Positions 61,430-64,000 of a stretch of DNA of 64,000 nucleotides are shown in pieces. The notes under the pieces were generated by a model, which saw only the letters and a program-made list of their open reading frames with translations, made no database searches and was not told the origin of the DNA. Where the stretch lies: contig CAVXXT010000008.1 of the NCBI GenBank assembly GCA_963765815.1, positions 434,666 to 498,665 on the forward strand. The letters run 5' to 3'. Source of the stretch: an uncultured Actinomycetota bacterium (GTDB taxonomy: Bacteria; Actinomycetota; Actinomycetes; BP-191). Position 1 is the stretch's first letter, and every line of letters starts with the position of its first letter. The translations under genes were made by a program, and so were the position numbers.

Positions 61430-62106
61430 ATGCTCACGCTCGCTCTGGACACGTCGTCCCCGTCACGTCGGTCGCGCTGCACGACGGCACCGACGTCGTC
61501 GCTCATGCCGAGCACGACGCGCCGGCCCGTCAGGGTGAGGTGCTGGCCCCGGCGATCGAGGCGCTGGTGCGCGATGCGGGGGTGATCGTCAAGGACCTCA
61601 CCCAGGTGGTCGTCGGCGTCGGGCCGGGGCCTTTCACCGGGCTTCGGGTCGGGCTGATGACCGCCCGCTCGCTCGGCCACGCGCTCGGCGTACCGGTCGT
61701 CGGCGTCGTGTCGCTCGACTCCCTCGCTGCGCAGGTGAACGGCGGGGAGGTCGTGGTCGCGACCGACGCCCGGCGCAAAGAGGTCTACTGGGCGCGGTAC
61801 GACGTCGACGGCACGAGGGTCGAGGGCCCGTCCGTCGACCGTCCGGCCGACCTCGAAGTGCGCCTCGGCGCCGACGGCTTCTCGGGTCGCGTCGTCGGCC
61901 CGGGCGCACGCCTCTACGCGGAGATGTTCGCGGCGTTCGAGGTCGACCCCGACGTCGAGGTGTCCGCAGCGGACCTCGCCCGGCTCGCCGCCGCGGGACG
62001 CATCACCGAGACGACCGCGCCGCTCTACCTGCGCCGTCCGGACGCGGTCGAGCCGACCGCCCGCAAGCCGGCGCTGGCTCTTCCACCTCGTCGTCGCGCA
62101 GACTAG
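61430..62106 (+). pseudogene. tsaB: tRNA t6A37 biosynthesis protein TsaB with one -1 frameshift near 61462 (as sequenced)
   Basis: ATG 61430 gives MLTLALDTSSP. The rest (VTSVALHDG..VVGVGPGPFTGLRVGLMTARSLGHALGVPVVGV) is in the ORF 60976..62106 frame. Length 677 = 3n-1. Confidence 0.85.
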
Positions 62107-62117
62107 AATCCTGGTCC

Positions 62118-62408
62118 ATGGACACGTTGCCACTCTCAGAGGTGAAGGCCCGGTTGTCCGAGATCGCCGACGCGGTCGATCGCACGCACCAGCGAGTGCA
62201 GATCACCAAGAACGGGCGCTCCTACGTCGTACTGATGGCAGCCGAGGATCTCGAATCGCTCGAAGCGACGATCGAGCTGTTGAGTGATCCCGAGGCCGTG
62301 CGTCAGGTCCGCCAAGCCGAAGCTGACATCGACGCGGGCGACTTCGTGACCCAGGCCGAGATGGACGTGCTGATGCGCGCGCGCCGGGCTGCTCGCCCGG
62401 CGTCGTGA
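62118..62408 (+). CDS. type II antitoxin, Phd/YefM family
   Basis: 96 aa. LPLSEVKARLSEIADAVDRTHQRVQITKNGRSYVVLMAAEDLESLEATIELLSDPEA. Confidence 0.85.
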   Translation: MDTLPLSEVKARLSEIADAVDRTHQRVQITKNGRSYVVLMAAEDLESLEATIELLSDPEAVRQVRQAEADIDAGDFVTQAEMDVLMRARRAARPAS

Positions 62409-62680
62409 CCGACGGGCCGTACCGGCTCGTCCTTGCCCCGGGTGCGCGCCGAGCGCTCACCGACGACCTTCCCGAGTCGGTCGCGGTCGCGGCGTGGGAG
62501 TTCATGACCGGCGCATTGGTTACCTCTCCACAGCAGGTGGGCATTCGGCTGAAACCGCCGTTCGATGGTCAGCGACGAGCGCGGCGGGGCGAGTACCGCA
62601 TCCGCTACCGGATCGACGAGGAGGGTCGCACCATCCGCGTGCTCGCCGTCGACCACCGGCGCGATGCTTACCGGTCTTGA
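62405..62680 (+). CDS. type II toxin, RelE/ParE superfamily
   Basis: 91 aa, GTGA overlap with the antitoxin. YRLVLAPGARRAL, GEYRIRYRIDEEGRTIRVLAVDHRRDAYR. Confidence 0.85.
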   Translation: MTDGPYRLVLAPGARRALTDDLPESVAVAAWEFMTGALVTSPQQVGIRLKPPFDGQRRARRGEYRIRYRIDEEGRTIRVLAVDHRRDAYRS

Positions 62681-62699
62681 CACGTAGGCTCCAACCGTC

Positions 62700-63209
62700 A
62701 TGCCGACGTCTCGCGCCTCCACATCCACCGTGATCCTGCGGCGGCTGCGATGGTGGGACATCGACGCCTGCCTGGAGCTCGAGCACGAGCTGTTCACCGA
62801 CGACGCGTGGTCGCCGGAGCTGTTCTGGTCCGAGCTGGCCCAGCGCGAGTCGCGGCACTACCTGGTCGCGGTGGACGGTGACGCGATCGTCGGGTACGCC
62901 GGCCTCGCGGTCACCGACGACGAGGGCTACGTGCAGACGCTCGGCGTCGTCACGACTCACCAGCGCAAGGGCATCGGCGCGCAGCTGATGACCGCACTCG
63001 TCGACGTAGCAGCCGCTCGCGGCGCGAGGAAGATCGGGCTGGAGGTGCGCACCGACAACGTGGGCGCGCAGGAGCTCTACCGCCGGTTCGGCTTCGCGCC
63101 GGTCGGCGTGCGCCGCGGCTACTACCAGCCCTCCGGCGCCGACGCGCTGGTGATGATGACCGACCGGGTCGAGCGCACGGGCGAGAAGCAGAAGGCAGCC
63201 GCGACGTGA
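62700..63209 (+). CDS. rimI: ribosomal-protein-alanine N-acetyltransferase
   Basis: 169 aa. [50 protein letters not shown]. Sits between tsaB and tsaD as in other actinobacteria. Confidence 0.85.
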   Translation: MPTSRASTSTVILRRLRWWDIDACLELEHELFTDDAWSPELFWSELAQRESRHYLVAVDGDAIVGYAGLAVTDDEGYVQTLGVVTTHQRKGIGAQLMTALVDVAAARGARKIGLEVRTDNVGAQELYRRFGFAPVGVRRGYYQPSGADALVMMTDRVERTGEKQKAAAT

Positions 63210-64000
63210 GCGACCAGCCGCTGGTCCTCGGCATCGAGACGTCCTGCGACGAGACCGGCGTCGGGTTGGTCCGCGGCACGACGCTGCTCGCGGACGTCAT
63301 CGCGAGCTCGGTCGACGAGCACGCGCGGTTCGGCGGCGTCGTGCCGGAAGTGGCCAGCCGGGCGCACCTCGACGCGATGGTGCCGACCGTCGACCGCGCG
63401 CTCGCCGACGCGGGCGCGACGCTCAAGGACGTCGACGCCGTCGCCGTCACCGTCGGACCCGGCCTGGCCGGCGCGCTTCTCGTCGGCGTCGCCGCAGCGA
63501 AGTCCTACGCCCTCGCTCTCGGCGTACCGCTGATCGGGGTCAACCACCTCGCCGCGCACGTCTCGGTCGACACCCTCGAGCACGGGCCTCTTCCGCAGCG
63601 CTGCGTCGCGCTGCTGGTCTCCGGCGGGCACAGCTCCTTGCTGCTGGTCGACGCCGACGAGGGGATGACCGGGCTGGGCGCGACCGTCGACGACGCGGCG
63701 GGGGAGGCGTTCGACAAGGTCGCCCGCGTCCTCGGGCTGCCGTTCCCGGGCGGTCCGCACATCGACCGCGCGGCGACGGAGGGTGACCCGGACGCGATCG
63801 CGTTTCCCCGCGGCAAGGCCGACGACGGCTCGCTCGACTTCTCCTTCTCCGGCCTGAAGACCGCGGTGGCGAGGTGGGTGGAACGGAAGGAGCGGGCCGG
63901 CGAGCCGGTCCCCGTCGCGGCCGTCGCCGCCAGCTTCCAGGAGGCGGTCGTCGACGTCCTTGTCGCGAAGGCGCTCACCGCGTGCGCGCGGCACGACGCC
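63206..64000 (+). CDS. tsaD: tRNA N6-adenosine threonylcarbamoyltransferase TsaD (3' end outside window)
   Basis: Not in the track because it has no stop in the window; translated by hand from GTG 63206 (GTGA overlap with rimI). [78 protein letters not shown]. Confidence 0.9.
   Translation, partial: MSDQPLVLGIETSCDETGVGLVRGTTLLADVIASSVDEHARFGGVVPEVASRAHLDAMVPTVDRALADAGATLKDVDAVAVTVGPGLAGALLVGVAAAKSYALALGVPLIGVNHLAAHVSVDTLEHGPLPQRCVALLVSGGHSSLLLVDADEGMTGLGATVDDAAGEAFDKVARVLGLPFPGGPHIDRAATEGDPDAIAFPRGKADDGSLDFSFSGLKTAVARWVERKERAGEPVPVAAVAASFQEAVVDVLVAKALTACARHDA

Overview
High-G+C (roughly 70%) actinobacterial chromosome segment covering the core transcription/translation neighbourhood. No rRNA, tRNA or CRISPR was seen. 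Plus strand unless noted, in order:
- nusG (5' end probably outside the window), then rplA and rplK in inverted order relative to the canonical rplK-rplA, then rplJ-rplL.
- An 11-gene Mce lipid-uptake operon wedged between rplL and rpoB: mceG/mkl, yrbEAB, mceA-F and two Mce-associated membrane proteins.
- rpoB-rpoC, mug (minus strand), and the str operon rpsL-rpsG-fusA-tuf.
- The S10 and spc operons (rpsJ through rplO), secY, adk, map.
- A 1358-bp IS with 58-59 bp composite terminal inverted repeats, inserted between map and infA.
- infA-rpmJ-rpsM-rpsK-rpsD-rpoA-rplQ-truA.
- An LVIVD-repeat LPXTG surface protein (minus strand), then rplM-rpsI-glmM.
- An orphan receiver-only response regulator (minus strand), divergent from a DUF11-repeat LPXTG surface protein.
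- glmS-acpS-nnr-alr-hydrolase-tsaE, an acyl-CoA synthetase plus a GNAT, tsaB, a Phd/RelE-ParE toxin-antitoxin pair, rimI, and tsaD (runs off the 3' end).

The most striking sequence-level signal is a cluster of about 25 single-base indels, mostly +1 insertions, packed into 42.47-46.0 kb. They disrupt the essential genes rpsK, rpsD, rpoA and rplQ, and also truA. Six isolated frameshifts lie elsewhere (rpoC, rplW, alr, hydrolase, fadD-like, tsaB). Localized consensus error is the most likely cause, but this needs read-level checking.

I found no convincing wholly new multi-gene system. The best leads are:
- the rplA/rplK order swap;
- the syntenic placement of a full mce operon where M. tuberculosis keeps only mkl;
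- helically phased ACCCGGAC/GGAC repeats in the response-regulator/LPXTG intergenic region;
- the IS architecture;
- repeat-bearing acidic tails on several ribosomal proteins;
- a Cys4 (zinc-ribbon-like) L24.
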